From an uncultured Opitutales bacterium (GTDB lineage: Bacteria; Verrucomicrobiota; Verrucomicrobiia; Opitutales; JAIRKQ01): 64,000 bases of DNA. Position numbers and translations under genes: made by a program. The stretch spans positions 41,231 to 105,230 of the forward strand of contig CAZOAG010000003.1 in assembly GCA_964577805.1 (NCBI GenBank). Direction: 5' to 3'. This document shows positions 29,371 through 39,076 of the stretch, in pieces. How positions within the stretch are numbered: position 1 is the first letter of the stretch; each line of letters begins with the position of its first letter. The notes beneath the pieces were generated by a model. It had not been told where the DNA came from. It worked only from the letters and a program-made list of their open reading frames with translations, and ran no database searches.

Positions 29371-31704
29371 TTAAAATGCCACACCAAATGAGTAATTAAA
29401 TCTCATGCCATGCTTATTTCCCTCATCGCCGTGTATAGGGAATCCAAAATCAAGACGTAATGGCATCCCCATAATCGTAATTTTTGTACCAACACCAGCA
29501 TCTGTACAATAATGTTTCGTCGAAAAATTCCATTTTGATTCATTAACAAATCCAACTTCAGCAAAAGCATATATCCTAATCGGTTCTGCCAATTTTATGG
29601 AATATTCTGTAGAGGCATATGCGAATGTATTTCCACCAATACCTGTTCCATTATCACGTGGTCCAACTTCATGAGATTTGAATCCTTTCATAAAGTTCGA
29701 ACCACCTAAATAAAACCTATCGAAAAATGGTGTTGTATCTCCGCCATATGGCACGATGACACCAGATTTTCCTATCACAGAAAATACTTGTTCTGCTGTA
29801 TCAAAAACCAACCAATGTTTCACGCCAGAACAATCCATTTTGACATACTTTGTCTCACCAAACACACCAGCAAATTCTGTATTTAATAAAATCCGTGAAC
29901 CTTCTGTTGGAAAAATAAAGTGATCACGCGTATCTCGTTCCGCTGAGAACATCACTTTCGACACACTCGTATTTCCTTCTTCATTAAAAAAACACCGCGG
30001 TGCATCTCGACCAATATCATAAATCTTTACATTCTCTAAATGATATCCCAAACGACCCTCCCACAATTCATACAATCGTTTGCGCAAATATACTTCTCCA
30101 CCAATCCGCGATTCATTATAATTAGCACCTGAATAATCATGCATGCTCTTACTATAATCCGTCTTATGATAGAAAAGATCTGTACCGATCGCCAATTCAC
30201 GATCATACCACCATGGCTCTTCAAAATTTACATCGAATGACGCTGTGTGCCTACCAATTTGAAAACGTGATCGAAACTTCTGACCACCACCTTGAAATTT
30301 CTTATTCTTACTATTAATGTCGAAATTACGTTGGCTGAACTCAACAAAACCAACTACTTCACCACCTGTGCTGATACCACCACCGAATCCTATTTTTCCT
30401 GTATTCGCTTCTGTGACATCGATTTGTAAATCCTTCCGTTCTGGAATTTTAGTATCAATCGGTGTAATATCAACGGATGAAAAATACCCAGTGTTCATCA
30501 ATCGAGAACGACTATTTTTCATGCGGACTAAATCGAAGGTATCACCTGGCGCCAATGCCAATTCCCTCAATATTACTTTATTCTTAGTTTTTGAATTACC
30601 ACGAATTTCAATATCATTAACAAAACATTTTCCGCTCTCTTTAATATCAAATCTGACATCAATATCATTTGTCGTCATATTTGCATCATTCGTAGCAATA
30701 ACATATGTTGCAATATAACCATCCTTGCCATACATATCACGAATGTTCTCGATACAACCATCAATAGCGTCCGGAGAAAATACATCACCGCACTGAATTC
30801 CCAATGAACGCATCACTTGCTCTTCATCATATATTGTATTCCCAGCAACAGTGATACTTCCAAATCGATATTGTTTTCCTAAATCAACAACAATTGTAAT
30901 GATCAATTTATTATCTTTTCGTTGATAAACAACATCATCAACATTAATAACAACATCTAAATATCCATGATTCTTAAAATGTTTCTTTAAGACATCCAAA
31001 TCTGTCATAAACTCATCGTCACGATAGACACCTGAACGTCCCAAAAATGAAAAAATTCCCCATTTTTTTGTACGCATTAACTTTTGAAGATCTGATGTTT
31101 TGAAACCATCTGCTCCTACAAAATTAATATATCCGATACGATATCTTTCACCTTCATAAATGTTAAATGTGATATCAGCGTCAAAATCATCATTGTCATT
31201 AACCACATCAACATCAACTGTCGCATCAACATATCCCTTATCATGATACAATGATAATAATGTCTGCTTATCTACATTTAACGCACCAGTCGACACCCTA
31301 CTTCCTACTTTCGTCGAAATTTTCGACAGTAATGCTTTGTCCTTGACCTTTTTATTTCCATTAAACGATAAAGATTTTATTTTTTCACGTGGAATAAATG
31401 AAAAGATTACAGAACATCCATCGCCATCATCATTGCTATTGACTTTCACCGAAACATTGTCGAACATCCCGCTCGCATAAAGAGATTTTATTGATGCATC
31501 TGCCAAAAATGGAGAAAATGCCTGCCCGACCTTAATCTGAACATTCGATTCAATGATAGCGCGATTAATATTAATAGGACTACCTACATTTTTATATTCT
31601 ATGTTCTTTACTATCATCGCACTGCCACCATCCGCATATGATTTTGCAGAATATGACAAAACTCCAAGCAACATAAAAATAACAGCAACTGTTTTTTTCT
31701 TCAT
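29371..31704 (-). CDS. bamA: outer membrane protein assembly factor BamA (Omp85)
   Basis: Signal peptide (MKKKTVAVIFMLLGVLSYSAKSYA), POTRA-like repeats, and a C-terminal beta-barrel ending in an aromatic residue (NYSFGVAF). Confidence 0.9.
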   Translation of the reverse strand: MKKKTVAVIFMLLGVLSYSAKSYADGGSAMIVKNIEYKNVGSPININRAIIESNVQIKVGQAFSPFLADASIKSLYASGMFDNVSVKVNSNDDGDGCSVIFSFIPREKIKSLSFNGNKKVKDKALLSKISTKVGSRVSTGALNVDKQTLLSLYHDKGYVDATVDVDVVNDNDDFDADITFNIYEGERYRIGYINFVGADGFKTSDLQKLMRTKKWGIFSFLGRSGVYRDDEFMTDLDVLKKHFKNHGYLDVVINVDDVVYQRKDNKLIITIVVDLGKQYRFGSITVAGNTIYDEEQVMRSLGIQCGDVFSPDAIDGCIENIRDMYGKDGYIATYVIATNDANMTTNDIDVRFDIKESGKCFVNDIEIRGNSKTKNKVILRELALAPGDTFDLVRMKNSRSRLMNTGYFSSVDITPIDTKIPERKDLQIDVTEANTGKIGFGGGISTGGEVVGFVEFSQRNFDINSKNKKFQGGGQKFRSRFQIGRHTASFDVNFEEPWWYDRELAIGTDLFYHKTDYSKSMHDYSGANYNESRIGGEVYLRKRLYELWEGRLGYHLENVKIYDIGRDAPRCFFNEEGNTSVSKVMFSAERDTRDHFIFPTEGSRILLNTEFAGVFGETKYVKMDCSGVKHWLVFDTAEQVFSVIGKSGVIVPYGGDTTPFFDRFYLGGSNFMKGFKSHEVGPRDNGTGIGGNTFAYASTEYSIKLAEPIRIYAFAEVGFVNESKWNFSTKHYCTDAGVGTKITIMGMPLRLDFGFPIHGDEGNKHGMRFNYSFGVAF

Positions 31705-31712
31705 CACTCTGT

Positions 31713-33134
31713 TTATCCTAATATTTTTTCATCGACGTAATTTTCAAAACGCGTCAGACTACGTATAAATGTTAATGGAACAACACCTATAGGACCATTT
31801 CTATGTTTGGCAACTACCAAATCACGAATAACAACATCGCCATCCATATGAACATCTTTATTGTCATCTTCTGACATTACCTGTTTCGACAACATCAATA
31901 CAACATCAGCATCTTGTTCAATCGCACCAGATTCTCTTAAGTCTGACAATCTCGGCTGACGGCGTTCTTTTTCAGAATCACGATTCAATTGACTCAATAC
32001 AATGACAGGAACCCGAAGTTCTTTGGCCATCGCCTTTACACCTCTAGAAATTTCTGAAATTTGTTGTTCTCGAGGAACACGACTATCACCATTAATAAGC
32101 TGTAAATAATCAATAACAACTAACCCAATATTTTCTTTGCTACACATACGACGCGCTTTTGCTCGCATCTCCAATATTGTCAAATTGGTCGATTCATCAA
32201 TCCATAATGGTGCAACTTGTAAATCTTTAGCAGCTTCCGACAACGCAGCACTAGCATTGCGAGAAATAAATCCATCATGCAATTTTGTCATATTGACACC
32301 AGCACGACCACAAAGCATACGCATTGCAAGTTGTTCAGAACTCATTTCCAAACTAAAAAATAATACACCGGTAGCTTTTTTCCCTGGCTTTGGGCATACA
32401 ACATTTTCAGCAATATTCATTGCCAAACTGGTCTTACCCATTGATGGACGAGCAGCTATGACGATCATTTCACTCGGACGGAATCCAAACGTCATGCGGT
32501 CTAAATCTGTGAACCCAGATGCCAAACCTGTCAATTCACCACGATGTTGTAACATCAATTGAATCGTATTAACAGCAGAATCTACTGATTGTTTTATTGG
32601 CAATGCACAATCGCTCACACGATCTGAACTAATGGAAAAAATAGCATTTTCCGCCTGTTCAATAAAATCATTTAAATCCCCAGATTCAGAATATGCACGC
32701 TCAATATTGAGCATCGACGCATTAATGACTCGGCGAACAAGCTCTAAATCTCGAACACGTTTGACATAATGAACAATATGAGCCGGAGTATCAATACGAT
32801 CACAAATAACATTAATATATTCTAGACCACCAATGCTGTCCAAATGCCCATCGGCTTTCAATCGTTCCGCCAAAAAAATCTCATTGATCGGCGTACCAGC
32901 ATCATAGATCTTTACGATCGCTTCCCATATAGTTTTATGTGCAGGCAAGTAAAACGTGCCAACCGTCACCTTGCTCTGTAGACAAAAAGTAACACTGTCC
33001 TGTCCTCCCTCGATAATGCAACATGCCAAAAGTGCTTGTTCAAAATCCGAACTATGTGGCTGAGGACGGCCGATAACAGCGTCAATACTTACAGGCTTAC
33101 GCGCTATCCTTCCAATATTATCAAACCGTGCCAC
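31713..33134 (-). CDS. dnaB: replicative DNA helicase DnaB
   Basis: 473 aa. N-terminal PHSSDFEQALLACCI, Walker A ARPSMGKTS, VVIDYLQLI and RESGAIEQDADVV. GTG start. Confidence 0.95.
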   Translation of the reverse strand: MARFDNIGRIARKPVSIDAVIGRPQPHSSDFEQALLACCIIEGGQDSVTFCLQSKVTVGTFYLPAHKTIWEAIVKIYDAGTPINEIFLAERLKADGHLDSIGGLEYINVICDRIDTPAHIVHYVKRVRDLELVRRVINASMLNIERAYSESGDLNDFIEQAENAIFSISSDRVSDCALPIKQSVDSAVNTIQLMLQHRGELTGLASGFTDLDRMTFGFRPSEMIVIAARPSMGKTSLAMNIAENVVCPKPGKKATGVLFFSLEMSSEQLAMRMLCGRAGVNMTKLHDGFISRNASAALSEAAKDLQVAPLWIDESTNLTILEMRAKARRMCSKENIGLVVIDYLQLINGDSRVPREQQISEISRGVKAMAKELRVPVIVLSQLNRDSEKERRQPRLSDLRESGAIEQDADVVLMLSKQVMSEDDNKDVHMDGDVVIRDLVVAKHRNGPIGVVPLTFIRSLTRFENYVDEKILG

Positions 33135-33185
33135 TTATAGCAATTACTCCACTGCATACACCGATGCAAAGACAACAATAGTAGA

Positions 33186-33653
33186 TTACTTTGTAATCGG
33201 ATTTTCCGACACTACATCTATATCGATCTCAAGAGACAAAGCATCATGCAACTTAACAGTGGCTTTATGACGACCGATCTCCTTTATTGGTGCGCCTAAA
33301 TGGATCTTTTTACGATCGACAACAATACCGCCTGATGCTAAATGCTCACTAATCTCTTTTGCACTAACAGCACCAAACATTTTTCCATTTTCACCAGTCT
33401 TTACAACAATGGCGATTGTAGCGTGCTTCAGTTGATCAGCCAATCCTTGTGCTACTTCCAATTCTTGTTGTTCGCGGACTGCACGTGCACGTTGTAATGC
33501 TTCAATTTGCTTTTTATTTGCTCGTGTCAATGGTAATGCATGTCCATTTGGAAATAAATAATTACGAGCATATCCAGCCTTTACACGTACTTGATCGCCC
33601 TCTGCACCAAGTGTTTTAATGTGCTTCAATAATAATATTTCGGTCGTTGCCAT
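33186..33653 (-). CDS. rplI: 50S ribosomal protein L9
   Basis: 155 aa. LGAEGDQVRVKAGYARNYLFPNGHALP. Confidence 0.9.
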   Translation of the reverse strand: MATTEILLLKHIKTLGAEGDQVRVKAGYARNYLFPNGHALPLTRANKKQIEALQRARAVREQQELEVAQGLADQLKHATIAIVVKTGENGKMFGAVSAKEISEHLASGGIVVDRKKIHLGAPIKEIGRHKATVKLHDALSLEIDIDVVSENPITK

Positions 33654-33665
33654 TTCTTAAACCCT

Positions 33666-34145
33666 TTAAAATGGGACATCTTCGTCCATTTGTACATTAA
33701 TATTCATTGGCCTGCTCTTACGCATGCCATCCTTTGATAAATCTTCAACAAGCTCATTAACAGGGCTAGATTGCCTTTCTGAAATCCCCATAGCGTGATT
33801 AAAATCATCTTCACCACGAGGACCGACAAACTGAAAAGATTCCAATACAACACCTAGCTTACTGCGCTTTTCACCAGATTGTGTCTCCCATTGATCTAAA
33901 CGCAAACGACCCTCAATAAGTATCGGGCGTCCTTTAGCAAAAAACTTTGCTATGACATCCGCTTGTTTTCCGAATGCATCAACATCAACAAACGCGGTCT
34001 CTTCCCTCAATGAACCATCCTGTGTCTTTGTTTGCCTGCTGACTGCGATAGTAATTTTACAAATTGATGTTCCTTGTGGGGTCACACGAATATCTGGATC
34101 ACGTGTTAAATTGCCCATCAAAATTACTTTATTAAACGAAGCCAT
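33666..34145 (-). CDS. ssb: single-stranded DNA-binding protein
   Basis: OB-fold N terminus NKVILMGNLTRDPD and an acidic tail ending in DEDVPF. Confidence 0.9.
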   Translation of the reverse strand: MASFNKVILMGNLTRDPDIRVTPQGTSICKITIAVSRQTKTQDGSLREETAFVDVDAFGKQADVIAKFFAKGRPILIEGRLRLDQWETQSGEKRSKLGVVLESFQFVGPRGEDDFNHAMGISERQSSPVNELVEDLSKDGMRKSRPMNINVQMDEDVPF

Positions 34146-34164
34146 GTCAAAACAAAAATACCGT

Positions 34165-34461
34165 TTACTTTCTTACTTCAATAAAAATACGATTGATTGT
34201 TCTATCAAGTTGTAATTTTGTACGTATTCCTTCAGGAATAGACGGATTACCAGAGAACATTATTTGAATGTAAATACCGTTAGAAAATTTCTTATCAGCA
34301 ACACGTTCAAAATCCTTCTGTCCTAAATTCTCAACATTAGATACTTGTCCACCGAGCTCACTGATTAATGCAACAAGCCTGTCCTTTACAGCATCCACTG
34401 TATCAGTATTGCCACGCATATCCAATATAAAACTCGCTGTATATTCCCTAATTTCCTCCAT
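34165..34461 (-). CDS. rpsF: 30S ribosomal protein S6
   Basis: REYTASFILD..., GGQVSNVENLGQKDF..., and GIYIQIMFSG fit the S6 pattern. Start set at the ATG at 34461, which overlaps the pth stop by 14 nt. Confidence 0.75.
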   Translation of the reverse strand: MEEIREYTASFILDMRGNTDTVDAVKDRLVALISELGGQVSNVENLGQKDFERVADKKFSNGIYIQIMFSGNPSIPEGIRTKLQLDRTINRIFIEVRK

Positions 34462-35038
34462 AAGATTTATCTCGATTCGTTGGATTAATGTCATCTTCGC
34501 AATTTTTGTCAAGCAGTAGCTTTAAATATTCTAAAATTTCTGACATACGACCTTCTAATATTTTGATTTCATCATGCGAAAACTTACTCAGGACATGGTC
34601 TTTCAGGTCCATTTGTTTTGACGGCTTACCACCTATTCCAACACGAAATCTTATAAAACCACCACCTAATCGTGACAAGACATCGGAAACACCATTGTGT
34701 CCACCACAACCATCACGCAAACATATCCTGACATCACCAACAGAAAATGCAATATCGTCATAAACAACGATAACATCCTTATTTTGGATCTTATAATATT
34801 TGCATAAACTAGCAATAGCACGGCCGCTCAAGTTCATAAACGTTGTCGGCTTTGCCAAAAATATAGTATCATTTTTGTACTGCCATTTTGTAACGAATGC
34901 TTCATGCTTTTTGTCCAATGACCATATTAAACCATTAGCACGTGCAAGAGCATCTAATATAAAAAACCCGACATTATGTCGGGTAAAATCATACTCTCGG
35001 CCAATATTGCCAAGACCAACTATTAATCGACGTGCCAT
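34448..35038 (-). CDS. pth: peptidyl-tRNA hydrolase
   Basis: LIVGLGNIGREYDFTRHNVGF and GGHNGVSDV. Start set at the ATG at 35038. Confidence 0.9.
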   Translation of the reverse strand: MARRLIVGLGNIGREYDFTRHNVGFFILDALARANGLIWSLDKKHEAFVTKWQYKNDTIFLAKPTTFMNLSGRAIASLCKYYKIQNKDVIVVYDDIAFSVGDVRICLRDGCGGHNGVSDVLSRLGGGFIRFRVGIGGKPSKQMDLKDHVLSKFSHDEIKILEGRMSEILEYLKLLLDKNCEDDINPTNRDKSYGGN

Positions 35039-35067
35039 AGTATTTAACACGCTCAAAAACACACATA

Positions 35068-35679
35068 TTAATCAGCGCTTGTTGATGCCTCATCGCTTTC
35101 AGAGCTTTCTGATTCTTTATCATCTGAAACATTTTTGCAAGAAACTACTGGTGTATCAGGATCTCCAACTACTTCAACACCATTTGGCAATACCAAATCA
35201 GAGAAGTGCACAACAGAACCAACGTCCAATGTAGTAACATCAACTTTTATCGATGATGGCAAATCGACAGGTAAACATTTAATAGTAATTTCATGACGAG
35301 TCATATCCAATACGCCACCATTGTTCTTTACACCGATTGACTCACCAACGAACTCAATCGGAACAATAGTTGTCATCTTTTCTTTTTGTGACACCTCATG
35401 AAAATCTATATGCAATACCTTATCTGTCAACGGATCACGCTGAATATCAGCAATATCAGACAACATATTGCCATTATCTTTAATTTGAACCTCAACAAGA
35501 ACAGCAGAATGTCCCTTTTTCAACAACAATCCTTGCAATTCTTTCTCATTAATCATCAACGATGTCGTTCCAGAAGGACCATAGATTACAGATGGAACTA
35601 TGCCAGAAGCACGTAGACGATTAGATGATCCTCTTCCAGACGTTTCCCTTACTGCGGCTGATAAAGTCAAATGTTTCAT
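35068..35679 (-). CDS. rplY: 50S ribosomal protein L25 (long Ctc form)
   Basis: RETSGRGSSNRLRASGIVPSVIYG and LHIDFHEV, with an acidic C-terminal tail. Start set at the ATG at 35679 (MKHLTLSA). Confidence 0.85.
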   Translation of the reverse strand: MKHLTLSAAVRETSGRGSSNRLRASGIVPSVIYGPSGTTSLMINEKELQGLLLKKGHSAVLVEVQIKDNGNMLSDIADIQRDPLTDKVLHIDFHEVSQKEKMTTIVPIEFVGESIGVKNNGGVLDMTRHEITIKCLPVDLPSSIKVDVTTLDVGSVVHFSDLVLPNGVEVVGDPDTPVVSCKNVSDDKESESSESDEASTSAD

Positions 35680-36237
35680 ATACCTTTTATTGTCCAATAG
35701 AAAATACACCACAAAATGCAACTGAAAAAACCAACAAAGATACAGTAACATTTTTAACAGATTCAATTTACACTATCGTGCTCATTAATTTTTTAGCAAA
35801 AAAGTCACAAGACACTTCATCAGAAATGAATCTTTCTAGCACAGGCCAACGGCAATAAAAATACCATAAAATGGTATTATGTATAAAAAGTGAAATAAAC
35901 CTAACAAATTCAGCAGATTTTTTACAAAAAACACTTGCAAAACAAAAATTACAGCCTCGCACAAGTTTTACACATTTGTGCGCATACTCCGGCAAGTTGG
36001 CACTTAAATTGATCTAATATAAACTTTGTGTGCATTGTTGCAATTTTGCTTAACATACAATATTTTCAAACGCGCACATCAACAGGTGATAATTTTCTGA
36101 AGCGACTATGATGATGATCAAGCGATTATCAAATGCCAATCATTCAATTAATTGCATGAAATGAAATACATAATAAAATGGCTTTGTGGCATAACACACC
36201 TCTAAAAACAATTCAACGTGGCATTATGCCGACTCCA

Positions 36238-38775
36238 TCATTTTGCTATTTTTTTATCTGAAACAACTGGCATTTGCTTTATTACATTAAATGTCAACGT
36301 TTTCTCACATTTTTCATGTGCAATACGTACAACACAACCATCTGCAATGTCACCAACTAACAAACGATCAGACAATGGATCCTCTATATTTTTCTCAATT
36401 GCTCTTTTCAAAGGCCGAGCACCAAATTTTTTATCATATCCCTTGGTCGCCAAAAATTCTTTTGCAGAATCAGTCAACACAATTTCAAATCCTTTGTCCT
36501 TTGCTCGCTTTACAACCTTCTCTATTTCAACATCTACTATTTTCCTTAATGCAATACCGTCCAATTGACGGAACACTACGATGTCGGTCAATCGATTCAA
36601 GAACTCTGGCTTAAATACTTTCTTAGACTCATCCAAAATTGCATTTTTAACATTTTCAAACCCATTATCTTGTGAATTACTCATGCCGAACCCGAGCACT
36701 ACATCACGTTGCAAAATCTCAGCACCAACATTACTCGTCATTATCACAATTGTGTTTTTAAAATCTACTACCCTGCCCTGACCATCTGTCATATGACCAT
36801 CTTCTAACACCTGCAACAATATCTGCAGAACATCAGGATGTGCTTTTTCTATTTCATCCAAAAGGATGACAGAATATGGCTTACGTCGTATCATCTCTGT
36901 TAGTTGACCACCTTCTTCATGCCCAACATATCCTGGAGGAGATCCAACCATACGCGAAACAGAATGTTTTTCCATGTATTCTGACATATCAACTTGTATG
37001 ATAGCATCACGATTACCAAACATCTGTTCCGCCAACATTTTGGCCAAATATGTCTTCCCAACACCAGTAGGACCTAAAAACAAGAACGAGCCGATTGGTT
37101 TATTTGGATCATTTAGGTCTGTTCTAGAACGACGTATAGCACGCACAATCGAGTCTACAGCATCATCCTGACCAATGACAGTTTTTTTCAAAATGCTATC
37201 CATTGCCAACAGCCGTTCTGATTCTTTTTTCTCTAAGCGGGTAACAGGAACACCGGACCAACTAGAAATCACTTGCAAAATATCATCTACACCGACAGAA
37301 ATGCATTTCTTGTTTTTCTTGCTACGCGACAATATAGATTCTTTTTCTTCAATATATTTCTTCTCATCATCACGCAATTGTGCAGCACGTTCATAATCCT
37401 GAGCAGTTATTGCATCTGCTTTTTCTGAACGGACCTGCTCGATCTTTTTATTCAATTTATCGACCTTAGGAGATGGTTGCATACCACGCAGTCTAGCACG
37501 AGCACCAGCTTCATCAATAACATCGATTGCTTTATCTGGCAAAAATCTATCTTGAATATATCTTGCAGAAAGTTTTACGGCGGATTCAACAGCATCATCT
37601 GTATACGTTACAGAATGATGCTTTTCGTAACATCCCTTCACTCCATGCAATATATTAATGCTATCTTCTATGCTTGCAGCATCCACTTTTACTGGCTGAA
37701 ACCGTCGTTCTAATGCACTATCCTTTTCAATATATTTTCTATATTCGTCTAATGTTGTCGCACCAACACATTGGATCTCACCACGCGATAATGCAGGCTT
37801 TAAAATATTAGAAGCATCCATCGAACCTTCCGATGATGTCCCAGCACCAACAATTGTATGCAATTCATCCAAGAATAATATAATATTTTTAGCACGACGA
37901 ATATCATCCATCACTGCTTTCATACGTTCTTCAAACTGCCCACGATATTTTGTTCCTGCTAACATTAATGCCATATCTAACGTAATAATACGTTTGCCAA
38001 TCAATGGCTCTGGAACTTTCTGAGCAGCTATCGCTTGCGCCAATCCTTCAACAATGGCAGTTTTTCCTACACCAGCTTCTCCGACTAATACAGGATTATT
38101 TTTCGATCGCCTACATAGTATTTGAAGAACACGTGTAATCTCTTTTTCACGACCAATGACAGGATCTAACACACCATCCTGCGCCATAGCAGTCAAATCA
38201 CGTCCAAATGCTCGCAATGCCGGTGTCTTTACATCGGATGAACTATCATCTCTCATCTGCATACCACTATTCGACGTTCCAATATCATCGTCTTCATCAT
38301 CCTGACCAACAGAATCAGGCCCAACAAAATTAGGGTCCAATGCCGATAAAATCGCTTGTCTACACTTTTCTATTTTTACGCCAGAAGCAAATAACAATTC
38401 CGCTGCAATCCCTTCTCCTTCTCTAAGAATTCCCAATAATATATGTTCGGTGCCAATATAAGGATGTTGCAACATGCTCGCTTCCTTAGCTGCCGCAACT
38501 AATACACGTTGAACTAAAGGAGATAATGTCATATCCGATGTTTCTACAGAATCAGACGATGTTTTTGACGAACGAGATTCAATTTCAGAACGAATTGCAT
38601 CAACATCCACATTCATATCGCGCAAAATACCAACAGCAATGCACTGCGGCATTTGCATCAACGCCAATAATATGTGTTCCGTCCCGATTAATTTCTGTCC
38701 CAATCGCTCTGCCTCTTGTCTTGCCAAAACAAGAATTTGTTGCGCCCGTGGCGTCAAATTTAACATCGCATTCAT
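36238..38775 (-). CDS. clpC: ATP-dependent Clp protease ATP-binding subunit ClpC (class I Clp/Hsp100)
   Basis: 845 aa. Duplicated Clp_N repeats, Walker A motifs GEAGVGKTA and GPTGVGKT, and a UVR-like linker (AQDYERAAQLRDDEKK). Confidence 0.9.
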   Translation of the reverse strand: MNAMLNLTPRAQQILVLARQEAERLGQKLIGTEHILLALMQMPQCIAVGILRDMNVDVDAIRSEIESRSSKTSSDSVETSDMTLSPLVQRVLVAAAKEASMLQHPYIGTEHILLGILREGEGIAAELLFASGVKIEKCRQAILSALDPNFVGPDSVGQDDEDDDIGTSNSGMQMRDDSSSDVKTPALRAFGRDLTAMAQDGVLDPVIGREKEITRVLQILCRRSKNNPVLVGEAGVGKTAIVEGLAQAIAAQKVPEPLIGKRIITLDMALMLAGTKYRGQFEERMKAVMDDIRRAKNIILFLDELHTIVGAGTSSEGSMDASNILKPALSRGEIQCVGATTLDEYRKYIEKDSALERRFQPVKVDAASIEDSINILHGVKGCYEKHHSVTYTDDAVESAVKLSARYIQDRFLPDKAIDVIDEAGARARLRGMQPSPKVDKLNKKIEQVRSEKADAITAQDYERAAQLRDDEKKYIEEKESILSRSKKNKKCISVGVDDILQVISSWSGVPVTRLEKKESERLLAMDSILKKTVIGQDDAVDSIVRAIRRSRTDLNDPNKPIGSFLFLGPTGVGKTYLAKMLAEQMFGNRDAIIQVDMSEYMEKHSVSRMVGSPPGYVGHEEGGQLTEMIRRKPYSVILLDEIEKAHPDVLQILLQVLEDGHMTDGQGRVVDFKNTIVIMTSNVGAEILQRDVVLGFGMSNSQDNGFENVKNAILDESKKVFKPEFLNRLTDIVVFRQLDGIALRKIVDVEIEKVVKRAKDKGFEIVLTDSAKEFLATKGYDKKFGARPLKRAIEKNIEDPLSDRLLVGDIADGCVVRIAHEKCEKTLTFNVIKQMPVVSDKKIAK

Positions 38776-39076
38776 ATTATCTCCGAAGTTAACATTTTAC
38801 AAAAACCGACAACAAAAATCAAGAACTGTCAGTATTGTGACACAAGTCAGCAATTTCCATGCCACATATGGCAATAACATCATGCTATCAACCAACCAGC
38901 AGTTTAACTACGCAATAAAACATTATACAGTCAAAATGTTTGCAATACACCAAAAATGCACGAATGACATTCTGATGTCTCATGAAATAACCACGTATAC
39001 ATATATTTGCTATTCAATAGTTGATATTTGACAGTTGTTTTTTTATTGCTAAACAAGCGATGTTAGGGAAACGTTT

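Noticed and set aside
35767-36237. 470-bp spacer between clpC and rplY, scanned for an ncRNA (tmRNA, RNase P, SRP, 6S). It includes the Cys-rich 75-codon ORF at 35768-35995 and an AATACCAT/ATGGTATT hairpin near 35858-35880.
   Set aside because: I could find no conserved ncRNA motifs. The ORF needs a TTG start and has odd composition. The hairpin is AT-only with a 3-nt loop. An unrecognised sRNA cannot be excluded without a covariance-model search.
38827-38842. Palindrome TGTCA-N6-TGACA (TGTCAGTATTGTGACA) about 55 nt upstream of clpC. Considered as a heat-shock or CtsR-like operator.
   Set aside because: It is only a 5-bp half-site and does not match the CtsR or CIRCE consensus. Such palindromes are expected by chance in a 300-bp spacer.
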